Assembly: GCA_029858305.1 (NCBI GenBank)
Contig: JAOUFI010000009.1
Coordinates: 1-55,208, forward strand
DNA from: Candidatus Thorarchaeota archaeon
Lineage (GTDB): Archaea; Asgardarchaeota; Thorarchaeia; Thorarchaeales; Thorarchaeaceae
Direction: 5' to 3'
DNA: 55,208 nt
Of the stretch, positions 31,081 through 41,437 are shown one piece after another. Under the pieces are notes generated by a model. The model did not search any database. It was given only the letters and a program-made list of their open reading frames with translations, and had not been told where the DNA came from. The translations under genes and the position numbers were made by a program. Position 1 is the first letter of the stretch. Each line of letters starts with the position of its first letter.

Positions 31081-32373
31081 TCATAGATTGTAATCAGCCC
31101 TGTATGAGTCAGTCTTGCGATCATCAAATCCCAACTCATGACGTACATCTCGTACAATTTCTTTCGCAATTCTAAGGTCCTCAAAGCTCAATTTACAGCT
31201 TTCATGCGCCAGAGCTAGAGCAACAGGATACCCGTACCATCGGGCATCTCTGGACATGAATTCTATCTCTCTGAAAAGAGCTTTTTCATTTTCCCGTGTC
31301 GATTTAGGATCACCAGCCACAAAGACGTTCTTTAACCACCACACTCTATCAAAATCAATTCTAGACGGTCTGTTGTCCCTCGAGAAACTGAAGAGATAGG
31401 GTACCGCCAACATAGGAGGGATATAAGCGCGTTCCTCAATGATATGGAGACCACCGCCCGGATCATCTTTAGAGGGAAGATGACAGAACCATTTCGCACC
31501 TTCACCTAATTGATCCTTTGCTACATTTGCTATTCGATGGGCAAAGGGAATGGTATGGTTCTTGCTCACAGCACAGAGAATCACGTTCTTCTGACGGGCC
31601 AGGGAACAGAGGTCTCTTAGCATAAACCCGCTTGGCATTGAGGGATAGTGCCTAACAAAGTGCATGAATATAGACATCGCACCATCTAGCAACATATACT
31701 TCGGGCAGAGATCGCTCTCAAGAAGATGTCTTACTGCTGCATATTCACTGACTTTCCTAAGTTCCTCATGGACTGTTGTATTCGTTAAGACCTGCGTGCG
31801 TGATATGAGGGATCTCATTTCTCGAAGTCGTTCAGTATAAGGCGCAAACTCCGAACCTGCAAAGTCAGAAATGCTAGTAATCTTGCCATCAGTATAATCT
31901 CGGAAGAAGGGTAAAATAATACTGATAATATCTTTTAATGGATAGATTTCGGCTAGTGATTCAGCCATTTTTTCTCTGGCATCATTTCTCACGCCAGAGT
32001 GCCAGTGTGCATCAACATGGGGTTGTTCACCTACTTCCTTCTCAAGAGTAGCTCGGTCAATCGGAGAGAACAATGAGTCACTGTGAGTATTCGAAGTCAA
32101 TACTATTGTGGAGGTACTCAATAGATGAACCCGTATATCATCAAGAGTGACGAGACTCTCCGTGCCAGATCCATCGACTGCAGCCACTAAGAAATCGTCA
32201 TCTAGAACAACATCTGAAGGATATGTATCGATGCTAGTTAGCAACTTTTCACGAATTCGTACCTCATCTTTAACAAACTCCTGTTCATCCCGACGATCCT
32301 GCTGGTTACTTATATCTGAGAATACAAGTTTCAGTGTTTTTCTAAACTTCTCAGCAAGTATCTTCTCAAGCAT
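31081..32373 (-). CDS. nurA: NurA nuclease
   Basis: AAVDGS, LLDGA, VSK, GYPVALALAHESC; first gene of the herA-mre11-rad50 operon. Confidence 0.85.
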   Translation of the reverse strand: MLEKILAEKFRKTLKLVFSDISNQQDRRDEQEFVKDEVRIREKLLTSIDTYPSDVVLDDDFLVAAVDGSGTESLVTLDDIRVHLLSTSTIVLTSNTHSDSLFSPIDRATLEKEVGEQPHVDAHWHSGVRNDAREKMAESLAEIYPLKDIISIILPFFRDYTDGKITSISDFAGSEFAPYTERLREMRSLISRTQVLTNTTVHEELRKVSEYAAVRHLLESDLCPKYMLLDGAMSIFMHFVRHYPSMPSGFMLRDLCSLARQKNVILCAVSKNHTIPFAHRIANVAKDQLGEGAKWFCHLPSKDDPGGGLHIIEERAYIPPMLAVPYLFSFSRDNRPSRIDFDRVWWLKNVFVAGDPKSTRENEKALFREIEFMSRDARWYGYPVALALAHESCKLSFEDLRIAKEIVRDVRHELGFDDRKTDSYRADYNL

Positions 32374-32613
32374 AGAATTCGACCCACTCCGATGTATAGG
32401 AAGGATTCAGTCCCACATTACTCTGTCTTGATCACTTCATAAAAAGATAGCACTCGACAAAATGGAGAGGGCATTGTAGGAGCAGAAAAGCGCTCAAACA
32501 GCCACTTGAACTGCATAGAGTCGCAATTTCCTTTTAAGGAGCCGTCACATCGGTTCAATAGCAGCAGTGATTCTGGCGCGACCGTGCTAGTGAACTTGAC
32601 GGGAAGTGATCGT

Positions 32614-33309
32614 TTGCTGAGCATCACCTACTTTGGACATACATCATTTGCATTGGAATCTAAAGGAACAGTAGTTCTGTTAAACCCGGGAATTTGGGAA
32701 AACAAACCTGTTGTTCCAGATGATTTTAGTGCAAGAATCGTAATAGCAACAAACCGAAAGGATGATGCAATCGGAAACTCAGCCGCGATATCAGTAAACT
32801 CCAAGGCGTGGTTCCTTGGAAATAAAGAAACTGTTGAGAAGGCTACTGAACAGGGAGTCAAACCCTGGCTTCTTCATGTTCTTGAAAATGAGGTTCCATA
32901 CGAGGTGCCCGATGTTCGAATCACCCCATACAATCTTTCAAGGATTGATGAGGAGAAAGATGGACGTATTGATAATCTAGGTCTCCTAATTGAGATTGGT
33001 GGTATGAGGATTGGCTACCTTGGTGATACAACAATTCGTGGTCCATTCGAGTTATTGGAGATGGATATTCTCATTACACCAATTGGTGGTGGAGCTACAT
33101 TTCCGGTGAAAGATGCTGTGAGTCTTTGCATCGATGCCAAACCTCGAATAGGTATACCAATGCGATGGACTTCAGAAGAACAACCTATGAAATTCTCTAA
33201 GTACCTTGAGCAGTTTGGGCAGGGAACTGAGGCAGTTGTGATGCAACCCTCCCAGAAACTCTCAGTTCAATGGGCGGCAGGAAACGAGTTTCGATACGAG
33301 CTAAACTGA
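32614..33309 (+). CDS. Metallo-beta-lactamase-fold protein (UPF0173-like) with a degenerate metal site
   Basis: ITYFGHTSF, YLGDT, PIGG; HxHxDH is replaced by NRKDDA. Likely TTG start at 32614. Confidence 0.75.
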   Translation: MLSITYFGHTSFALESKGTVVLLNPGIWENKPVVPDDFSARIVIATNRKDDAIGNSAAISVNSKAWFLGNKETVEKATEQGVKPWLLHVLENEVPYEVPDVRITPYNLSRIDEEKDGRIDNLGLLIEIGGMRIGYLGDTTIRGPFELLEMDILITPIGGGATFPVKDAVSLCIDAKPRIGIPMRWTSEEQPMKFSKYLEQFGQGTEAVVMQPSQKLSVQWAAGNEFRYELN

Positions 33310-33381
33310 TATTCTCTCTTTGAGTCACTAAGGCAGAAGATTCCCTGAATCAGTGAGCATATGACAATGGGTGTGCAATAG

Positions 33382-35169
33382 ATGAGTGAGAATGAAAAGA
33401 AGAATGTGATTATTGACCTCGAAGAATCTGAGAGGGTTCAACTCGGTGGTCGTAGTGAACTTGAGAGCATCGACACTTCAGGTGTCATGAGTGTTGTTAA
33501 TGTATCTGACAGAAGTCGAATTTGGAATGTCAAAGTGCATCTTGGGGACTCTCGGGGTTCCACCGATATCAGTAAAGAATCACTGGCAGCAGGAGAAGTG
33601 GATATTGGGAGCAAATGGGAGAGTAGATACAAGGTATCAGTAGATGCACCAATTGTGAAGCTTTCAGAGATTTTTGATACCTGTGGGGACATTGATACTG
33701 AAGATCCTCATTGGGCATATGTTAGTGGCAAAGACAATCCAGTCAAGATCACACTATCCATCAAGAATGAAACTGATGGCGAAATTGACAACATCATTCT
33801 CAATAAGACAGTTCCACCTGAATTATCTGACATTCAAATTCTATCCACAAAATCAGGTCATGCGGAGTATGATGAAGGAACAAAGCAGATTGTCTGGAAA
33901 GACTTTCTCATATATCCACATGAAGAAACGGCTATAGTCATTGGAGCCACCGGAGTTATTGATGATACTGAGCCAAGAAGCGCAGGAGAGATTGTCCTCA
34001 CCTATAGAGGAGAGGGACAACAGAGATCAGTTCTGGATCCAGATCTTACTGCACTCACTGAGTTCCTTATGGGAATAGAAACTGCTGAAACAGAACCCAA
34101 TCAATGGGAATGCACACTTGAATGCTCGAATGAGAGTGATTTGATTGTACGACTTGATAAAGCAGAGGTCTTCGTGACACCTGAAGGAGGCGGCGAGAAA
34201 CGAAAAATGATTGATGCCTCACCATCAATCGAGATGACACCAAATCAGCAATGGAAAGCATCTTTTACTGTAGCAAGTAAAGAAACACCGAAGTGCACAC
34301 AAGATCTTCTCTATACTCCTGTCAGAGTTGTTACTAAGCGAGTGCTTGGCACAATCGAAAAGGCGCCTCAAATAATACCTGTCGCTAAAATCGATTACAT
34401 AAAGACCTTCGATCCACCATCGGTCAACAGCTTTGATAAGACTCCAGTTGAAGTGACCATTGAAGTCAAAAACACTGGTACTGCAAAGCTCAACGAGATT
34501 ACCATTATTGATAATCTTCCTGGTGACGTAATGCCTCCGACCAGTGAGCATGTCACTGTTTGGATTAAGGGAAAGGAATTTTCCGGACCTTTTGAGTTCA
34601 TCATCGATCCCGAGGACCAAGAGCCTGAGAAACATCACAAGGTCACATTCACAGTCAAAGACCTCAAAGACTCAGTTGGAGAGATAGAGCCTGGTGAAAG
34701 TGTCAAAATTAACTATGCTGTCATGGCATGGAGAAACAGGCCTGAAAAGGAATATCCATCACCAATTGCTTGTTCTGCTAACACTCATCCAGCGGGAATT
34801 GAGGCTGAGATGTCAAGTCCTCAGGATGGGCATAAGCTAGGAGTTATCTATAAGAAACGTGCTATTTCAACGAAGAAGGCAATCAACAAGGGTGCAAATG
34901 CAGGAGAGTATGTTGTAGTTCTTGTTGTTTCCAATAATGGAGAAGTGACGGCTGAAAACATAAAGATGACCGACTGGATTCCAGCTGCTTTCGAGTATGT
35001 TTCCACTGATCCGGAGGATGACCATCCAACCATAACAAAGGTGGATGATGGAACAAACATGGTCTGGAACTGGACCCGCATGAACCCAGGCGATCAAAAG
35101 AAAATGAAAGTCACCGTTCAGGGCGAGGGTGAGTATGAACGTCGTGAGCCAGAAGTAACCTCAATCTAG
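33382..35169 (+). CDS. Acidic cytoplasmic multi-beta-sandwich protein (DUF11-like repeats; possible mu-homology-like N-terminus)
   Basis: Repeated V.I.V.N.G....N.I.D.LP...W....PG motifs; no signal peptide or TM helix seen. Confidence 0.65.
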   Translation: MSENEKKNVIIDLEESERVQLGGRSELESIDTSGVMSVVNVSDRSRIWNVKVHLGDSRGSTDISKESLAAGEVDIGSKWESRYKVSVDAPIVKLSEIFDTCGDIDTEDPHWAYVSGKDNPVKITLSIKNETDGEIDNIILNKTVPPELSDIQILSTKSGHAEYDEGTKQIVWKDFLIYPHEETAIVIGATGVIDDTEPRSAGEIVLTYRGEGQQRSVLDPDLTALTEFLMGIETAETEPNQWECTLECSNESDLIVRLDKAEVFVTPEGGGEKRKMIDASPSIEMTPNQQWKASFTVASKETPKCTQDLLYTPVRVVTKRVLGTIEKAPQIIPVAKIDYIKTFDPPSVNSFDKTPVEVTIEVKNTGTAKLNEITIIDNLPGDVMPPTSEHVTVWIKGKEFSGPFEFIIDPEDQEPEKHHKVTFTVKDLKDSVGEIEPGESVKINYAVMAWRNRPEKEYPSPIACSANTHPAGIEAEMSSPQDGHKLGVIYKKRAISTKKAINKGANAGEYVVVLVVSNNGEVTAENIKMTDWIPAAFEYVSTDPEDDHPTITKVDDGTNMVWNWTRMNPGDQKKMKVTVQGEGEYERREPEVTSI

Positions 35170-35183
35170 TATTTTCACTTCAT

Positions 35184-35219
35184 TGAGTAGGCACCGGGCG
35201 TTCACCCGGTGTCTATTCA
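35184..35219. terminator. Stem-loop between convergent genes
   Basis: TGAGTAGGCACCGGG-cgttca-CCCGGTGTCTATTCA: a 15-bp stem with two G-U pairs. Confidence 0.55.
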
Positions 35220-35232
35220 GAATTTACGCCAA

Positions 35233-35571
35233 CTATTCTTTCTCGAGATCTTCAATCTCTTTCCTTGTTTCTTCTAGTGCTGCGTCGATATCCTCTAATG
35301 GGATATAGTCCTCATCTTCTTCGGGCTCGCGAGTCTCCAACCTGTAAAGTACCTTGAAGCCCTTGAGTGTCTTATGGATTGCATCCGCAATCTCCAAAAT
35401 CGCAGTTCCGATATGTGTTTCCTTCAATTCTTCATCGGTATGTTCGTAAACAAAATCATATGGACCCTTGACTGGTTTGAATCCCAACTCAAGGAGTTTC
35501 TTAACAACTTCTGATGGTGATGCACCTTCGCTATAGAACCAAACTTGAACGTGTGTGACATACCTAGACAT
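35233..35571 (-). CDS. Small acidic hypothetical protein
   Basis: GAGGT RBS; FYSEGASPSEV..GFKPVKGPYDFVY resembles a conserved archaeal small protein. Confidence 0.75.
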   Translation of the reverse strand: MSRYVTHVQVWFYSEGASPSEVVKKLLELGFKPVKGPYDFVYEHTDEELKETHIGTAILEIADAIHKTLKGFKVLYRLETREPEEDEDYIPLEDIDAALEETRKEIEDLEKE

Positions 35572-35648
35572 AATAGATTACCTCATCAATACTGGATACA
35601 GGCTTCGCTCGGTGTGTGACATATGACTTTTGCTATTGGTCTTCGAAC

Positions 35649-36731
35649 TCAATTGTGTACTTGTAGAGAAGCATCTTCATGCTCAAGTACGTGTTTCCAC
35701 AGGTCCCAGCAATCACATTTTAGACTATCAAAAACTCGCACATCTTGATTCAAAGAAAATGTTCGAATAGCATCAATGAAGGAAGAATCACACTTACCAC
35801 AATTATGCGTACCTCTACTCTTGCCTGCAGCAACAGGGTCACAGACAATGTTCACAGTACTCGCACCAGTAAAACTCGCATGTCGCAGAACCTCAACTAC
35901 ACTCCATAACCATGGAGGTCGATACTTACCCTTCTCCCACAGAGATTCAACGAGTGTATTGCGTTGTACATTTACTGGATTCAAAGATATCGTTGTCACT
36001 CCGAGAGATACAGCATCAGTCACTGTCTTCTGGGCATCTAGAAGGGCAGACCTCTCTGTCATAAAAGGGGGTTTCAATAGAACATAAGCTCGTGTACCGA
36101 TGTTGTGTTTCTTGCCAACCAGCAAAGACTCTCTAAAAGAATCGAGATTGAAATTCTTGTTTATGCAGATAGACCTCACAAAATCACTGCTACTCTCTAA
36201 TCCAATTCCAAGTTCAACTACTCTGTCTCCGAGAATTCTTCGTACATCAGCAAGAACTGTGTCAGTCACATACTCGGGTCTTGATTCCAAGACTACCTCC
36301 TTTATCCGATCATCAACGGAGATTGCCCGTAGTATCCGATTTCGGGTTTCTTGGGGGATCTCATCGGAGTCCAAGAAGCTACCACTTGTGTATATTTTTA
36401 CAGAAAGAGGCGAATCTAGCTTCTCAAGCTGACTCATTGCTGTTTGAAATTGAAGGAAGAATTCTTCCGCTGTTGGATTTCTATTTACTCCATCTAAGAG
36501 ATAGCTGCACATAGTACAACCACCCTCATCACCGCGCGCATGAGCGCATCCAATCGAAGATAGTACAATTGAGAGAGCAGTTCCTTTTGTAGAGCCAATC
36601 CTACTAGGCGCAGTCCATGCAGCAGAAGGTTTTGTTGGACTCTTTGACCTTCGCCTTGGTATCGATTCGCCACGTGCACGAATTGAAGCCTGTTTCACTT
36701 CATTTCGAATCTGTTCATATGCCAAATCCAT
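35649..36731 (-). CDS. raSEA: Archaeosine biosynthesis radical SAM protein RaSEA
   Basis: GCAHARGDEGGCTMCSY, KIYTSGSFLD, ESRPEY, YRPPWLWS, HNCGKCD; coupled to arcS. Confidence 0.9.
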   Translation of the reverse strand: MDLAYEQIRNEVKQASIRARGESIPRRRSKSPTKPSAAWTAPSRIGSTKGTALSIVLSSIGCAHARGDEGGCTMCSYLLDGVNRNPTAEEFFLQFQTAMSQLEKLDSPLSVKIYTSGSFLDSDEIPQETRNRILRAISVDDRIKEVVLESRPEYVTDTVLADVRRILGDRVVELGIGLESSSDFVRSICINKNFNLDSFRESLLVGKKHNIGTRAYVLLKPPFMTERSALLDAQKTVTDAVSLGVTTISLNPVNVQRNTLVESLWEKGKYRPPWLWSVVEVLRHASFTGASTVNIVCDPVAAGKSRGTHNCGKCDSSFIDAIRTFSLNQDVRVFDSLKCDCWDLWKHVLEHEDASLQVHN

Positions 36732-38677
36732 CAGTCTCCTTCAAGCTTATGTCGCACACTCACAGCGCGGCCTCTATCCAGTTCACACATCTCTCTGCCC
36801 GACATCTCGCTTCGACCGACAGCAGTCACTTCACCCTTATTATTCAACACAATCACTTCATCCCCAGGTCGAATGGTAGCATCAGCCTCTCTTACACCAA
36901 CAGCAAAGATGGACCCACCCTTGACTGAAGGCGCATCCAGATGTACCCAATAACGGTTCAGTGGTGCTAGGCGTCTTGCCCCATCGAGTGTCAAGGATAG
37001 TAAACCGGTATCAGCAACGTAGGAACACACCTGTTCTTTCCCTACGCGGCACAAGATTTGCCTGTAGGGTTTCCCCCCCAACCTTGCGTCTTCAGGAACT
37101 AATGCATCTCCAGCTCCTGGACCAAACTGGAAATCAGCGGTTGCTCGTACAATCTCCTCTAGCTCTTGAGGTTTAGACCCCTTGATTGCCAGAATATCCT
37201 TCAAATCGCCTAGAGTTTCCTGTAAATCTTCTCGAGACTCCCAACTTGTGGGAGAAGTTTCCATACTGGTATAGATTATACTCTGAGATATTCTATTCTC
37301 AGCAGCCTGTACAATACTAAGATATCCGCCAGACACATGAGCAACAATAACTGTGTTTGAGTCGAACTTACTCATATGTGAAACAAGGGCATCTGCAGCT
37401 AGATTCGTTTCTTCTGAATCCCAATCTCCAGTGACAGGAATATCATAACTCGCAGCAGGGAACATCCTTTCTAATTCTCGCGGAACTAGTCCGAGCGGTG
37501 ATGTCAGGATGATTTGAGCAATCTGCGATGTGGCATTGCCAAGAGAGGTCTCTATGGTCTCAAGAAATCGACGATGGGATTTGGAGTCAGAATATGGCTT
37601 TCGAGCTGAGCAGGGCAATAGAAGCGCGATCTTCTTGTGCGCAGGAGGTCTGTATCGATGCGCTATATACTCCCTGAATCGTCGTACAGCTGGTGCATTA
37701 TATGACTCAGGACCAATCAGGGGAACATTTGACGCTCCAGTTGTAGGAGTAAACTCCTCGATGAATGAATACGCCTCTCTGTCTATTCTTCGAAGAATAG
37801 ATGCATGAGCAGGACTGTAATGGGTAGTGGATTCAACAAGCCAGCGAAGCCTCCCAGAAACCATCGCGTTTTGGGCTTCTGATAAAATAGAAGCATAAAC
37901 ATTCACATTATGATCCAGAAGAGCATCTACTACTTGGGTTGACTCAAGGCGGTCTAGGTTTTGGCAACTTGAGCATGGGCAATATCGATGCGGTTGTCCA
38001 GATTGGATAGACTCAGTTCCATTGTGCCATAATCGCTGATGTTTTGCTGCTGCCTCTTGGGCATGTCCAATGTCTATTACATCAAATCCCATGTAGTAGA
38101 GGAGAGGGACCGTTCCGGGAGCAATTCGACCTAATGCAAGAACTAGCCAAGACATGGGCAAATATCTTCGTTGTAGAAACGAATTGTAGTCCAAGTCGCT
38201 CAACAATCCATCGAATGTAAGAGCAGCAGCTCGAACACCTCTAGAATGAAAATCTGATAGGCTCGAAGAAAATACATTTAGTTCGATCTCTTCAGGTATC
38301 CGAATAATTATCCGATTCGATTCAATCGATGATTGGAGATCATCTAATACACCCATTTGATGGTTCAGCATGAGTGCTCCAGCGGTATATCCTAGAGAAG
38401 AGAATGAAGGCAAGCATGGAAGGAGTATTGAGTCAGTTTTCCTTATTCCTAGTTTTTCTGGATTATCGATGTGTGTTTCAAAGGGAAGTGCGAGAAAATG
38501 TGGATTGGAAGAGTGAATTTTGACTCGTCCAATCGTTCCATATGTTATGACTTGACTGTCGGAAAGAATAGGTGCTGTTAGAATAGGCGTGTTGTAGACC
38601 TCTGTTCCCATGATATACTCCCCAATTCTTGCGGGTCCATCATGACCACGACCTATTCGGAACTCGGTCAAACTCAT
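36731..38677 (-). CDS. arcS: Archaeosine synthase subunit alpha (TGT-like N-terminus, DUF5591, PUA)
   Basis: DGPARIG, CPCSSC..HN, LLPCSARKPYSDSKSH, TSPLGLVPRELE, C-terminal PUA domain IRPGDEV. Confidence 0.9.
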   Translation of the reverse strand: MSLTEFRIGRGHDGPARIGEYIMGTEVYNTPILTAPILSDSQVITYGTIGRVKIHSSNPHFLALPFETHIDNPEKLGIRKTDSILLPCLPSFSSLGYTAGALMLNHQMGVLDDLQSSIESNRIIIRIPEEIELNVFSSSLSDFHSRGVRAAALTFDGLLSDLDYNSFLQRRYLPMSWLVLALGRIAPGTVPLLYYMGFDVIDIGHAQEAAAKHQRLWHNGTESIQSGQPHRYCPCSSCQNLDRLESTQVVDALLDHNVNVYASILSEAQNAMVSGRLRWLVESTTHYSPAHASILRRIDREAYSFIEEFTPTTGASNVPLIGPESYNAPAVRRFREYIAHRYRPPAHKKIALLLPCSARKPYSDSKSHRRFLETIETSLGNATSQIAQIILTSPLGLVPRELERMFPAASYDIPVTGDWDSEETNLAADALVSHMSKFDSNTVIVAHVSGGYLSIVQAAENRISQSIIYTSMETSPTSWESREDLQETLGDLKDILAIKGSKPQELEEIVRATADFQFGPGAGDALVPEDARLGGKPYRQILCRVGKEQVCSYVADTGLLSLTLDGARRLAPLNRYWVHLDAPSVKGGSIFAVGVREADATIRPGDEVIVLNNKGEVTAVGRSEMSGREMCELDRGRAVSVRHKLEGD

Positions 38678-38687
38678 CCTTCTCCTG

Positions 38688-41345
38688 TTATACTAGAGGT
38701 TCGTATCCTACATATCCCTCTGTGTCTACCTTTGTTTCGACTTTAGAGAGTATCTTCTCGATGCTCTCAAGTGCTCCTATTTTGAACAAGGGGCTGTTAT
38801 TGTTACCACAGTTGTATGAATATGTGCAGAGGGGACATCCATCAACTGTCTTACAATCACATTTCTCCAGTATCGTTTTTGTTCTTCTAAATGCCTCATC
38901 TAGTTTTCCAAAGAGCAGTTTCGATGCACCATTCCCGCCTGGGCTTCCATCATAGACAAAAATTATTCCTGAATCACCCATTGAAACACCTCCTATTTCA
39001 CGGGTGCCTCCTCCTGTGAACATATTGCTGGATTCGATGAGGACATGTTCAACAGCGTGAAAAGACCCGCCATAAAGCTCTGCAGGACCCATCTTCCCTC
39101 CACCAAGGTGTGCATATTTCCCGGAAATGTAATCATTCACGGAGTTGTTTGGTTCAGGCGCTGTGAAGGCGAAACCACGCGTTTGATAAGTATATACAAG
39201 TGGGGTTGTGAGATCATGCCTGCTAATCACCTTCCCACTCCGGGTTTCCTTCCTCACATAACCAAAAACTGTCTGAGTCATCTCAAGATTACAGTAGACT
39301 GCGTTGAGACCTAGTATCTTTGTTCGTTCAACAATATCGATTATCTTTGGCATTGTGGAGTATAGAGGCTTAGTGTGGTAGCTTCGATCAGCCGAAGACA
39401 CAACAGTCGCTCTGCCAAATCCAGGCAAGTACTTGAAGTCGATTGACATGTAATTTTTACCACCGTGGAGGTAAATTGCTCCGGGATGAAGCTCTTGGGC
39501 AGCCATTGGCATTGAGCGTTCGCCAAGGCCTTTCTTATCAAGTTTAATCTGAACTGTGTCGCCAATTCCCCTTATACTATACCCCCGCCAAGCTTTTCGA
39601 GCTCTCTCATCGTCAATGATGCGAATTTTTCCGTTCTCAAGTTCCTTCACAAGTCCTTCATCAGATAGTTTCTGAATGACTTTCCTGTGTCTTGCGAAAT
39701 GAGAAGTAGTTAGCTGACCACTCATGGCTGCGGCAATTATTTGATAATATCCAACAACCTCATTCTCAGGTTCAGTGTATGCAGCATCAATATCAGTGAA
39801 GTATTTGTCTGGCTCATACCTGTAAAAAGATGAGATGGGATCATTTTCCCTTAGTGCAAGGATTGCAACACTCTCCTGACCTTTTCTCCCAGCACGTCCT
39901 ATTCTCTGAGTAAGCCGTGTTATTGAAACAATCATGCTCACTACGCTGTTTAGATCACCGATGTCAATTCCAAGTTCGAGAGTCGGAGTGGAAACAATGA
40001 CAGGTAACTGCCCAGACCTAAACTGGTCCTCAACCTCACTTCTGTATTTCTTTGTGAGACCAGCTCTGTGAACCATAGATTTCACACCGGTATCACCAAG
40101 GAGCATATTCAAAACCTCGGCCTCTGAGTGTGTGTTTCCAAAAACCAGTGTCTTGAACTTGCCAACCTGCAATGCAGAAACTAAGTCAACTATCATGCTG
40201 TATTTACTTCTCATGCCAGGATAGTACATGAGAAAGTGGATAGGTCCTCTCTTAGCGTTCTTTGATTCAATGAGTTGAACGTCTGTATCAAAGAGGACGT
40301 CCGCAAATTCTTTTGGATTAGCCACCGTCGCAGATGCGCCAATCTTCTGGAATTTTCCGGATTCAAGCTCAAGCCTCTTTAAAATATAGTATACGTTAGT
40401 GCCCATAGATCCTGTGTAGAGATGGATCTCATCAAGAACAACAAACTTCACCGTTCGTAGAAGAGGAGTCAGGCGTGACTGTGACCACCCCAGATGATAG
40501 TGCAAGACATCAGGATTAGTCAGCAATATATCAGGTGGGCTGGAGTAAATCTTACTTCTGGCGTCTTCTCCGATATCACCATCGAAAATGGATACGGTCA
40601 AACCGGATGCCCTACCCATCTGTTTAATCTTGTCATATTGATCGCGTGCAAGAGCTTTCGTTGGATAGATGAGAAGTGCTCTTACCCCAGGATATGTAAA
40701 TGACTCCTGAACTGAGATGAGGAGCTGTCTTATAATGGGAAGGATGAAGCCCTCTGTCTTACCCTGAGCAGTTGGGGCTGCAATGACAACGTTCTCACCA
40801 TTGCTAATCGCATTGTATGAGTCTTCTTGGAACTTGTAAAGAGTGATAATTCCCTTTGAAGCTAGGTGCTCTTTAAGGCGTGAAGGTATATTGAGATCTT
40901 CAACCATTGAACCATACTCAGCATCAGTTGAGGGCATGTATTCATACTTGACAAGATAATCACGACCGGCACGCACCAATGAGCTTAGAGCATCTGGGAA
41001 AGACTCAAGGTTGCCACCACCTTGTTCAACAATCTTTGTCACTACCTCATCAGATTGTACTCTGGTGGAGGGGTCTCCCCTGCTTCGTCTTCTCTTGGAA
41101 GTGTCAGCTCCACTACCCAAGTACTTCCTTGTCCGCGATCCTGTCTTTCCACTCGCACCAGAGAAGCCATCAGTCTTGATAGCTTGAGAGTATGCTTCAT
41201 AGGCATCAAAGAGGTCTTTCCTGCTGCCATCCACGAGAAGCTCGACATTGCAAGTGAAGCAGTTTACGTACCATCCTCCAGCAACTTTCTTGAAGTCGAG
41301 TCGTGAGCCACACTTGGGGCAGTGAAGGACCGGCACAATAATCAC
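38688..41345 (-). CDS. SF2 DEAD/DEAH helicase with DUF1998 (Hrq1/MrfA/SftH-like) and an N-terminal Zn ribbon
   Basis: APTAQGKT, YPTKALARDQ, DEIH, SAT, TLELGIDIG, QRIGRAGR, YDGSPGGNG, CDC..GCPLC. Confidence 0.9.
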   Translation of the reverse strand: MIIVPVLHCPKCGSRLDFKKVAGGWYVNCFTCNVELLVDGSRKDLFDAYEAYSQAIKTDGFSGASGKTGSRTRKYLGSGADTSKRRRSRGDPSTRVQSDEVVTKIVEQGGGNLESFPDALSSLVRAGRDYLVKYEYMPSTDAEYGSMVEDLNIPSRLKEHLASKGIITLYKFQEDSYNAISNGENVVIAAPTAQGKTEGFILPIIRQLLISVQESFTYPGVRALLIYPTKALARDQYDKIKQMGRASGLTVSIFDGDIGEDARSKIYSSPPDILLTNPDVLHYHLGWSQSRLTPLLRTVKFVVLDEIHLYTGSMGTNVYYILKRLELESGKFQKIGASATVANPKEFADVLFDTDVQLIESKNAKRGPIHFLMYYPGMRSKYSMIVDLVSALQVGKFKTLVFGNTHSEAEVLNMLLGDTGVKSMVHRAGLTKKYRSEVEDQFRSGQLPVIVSTPTLELGIDIGDLNSVVSMIVSITRLTQRIGRAGRKGQESVAILALRENDPISSFYRYEPDKYFTDIDAAYTEPENEVVGYYQIIAAAMSGQLTTSHFARHRKVIQKLSDEGLVKELENGKIRIIDDERARKAWRGYSIRGIGDTVQIKLDKKGLGERSMPMAAQELHPGAIYLHGGKNYMSIDFKYLPGFGRATVVSSADRSYHTKPLYSTMPKIIDIVERTKILGLNAVYCNLEMTQTVFGYVRKETRSGKVISRHDLTTPLVYTYQTRGFAFTAPEPNNSVNDYISGKYAHLGGGKMGPAELYGGSFHAVEHVLIESSNMFTGGGTREIGGVSMGDSGIIFVYDGSPGGNGASKLLFGKLDEAFRRTKTILEKCDCKTVDGCPLCTYSYNCGNNNSPLFKIGALESIEKILSKVETKVDTEGYVGYEPLV

Positions 41346-41437
41346 CAGACTCTATGAAGAGGAAGACGTATGGCTTATCAAACTTTGGCACTGGAGTGTT
41401 CAGAATATTACTGAATCTAATGTCTGCATACCGAATA

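Noticed and set aside
29302-32373. HerA/NurA as an anti-phage (e.g. Sir2-HerA-type) system
   Set aside because: The context with mre11-rad50 matches the housekeeping resection operon, and no effector gene is adjacent.
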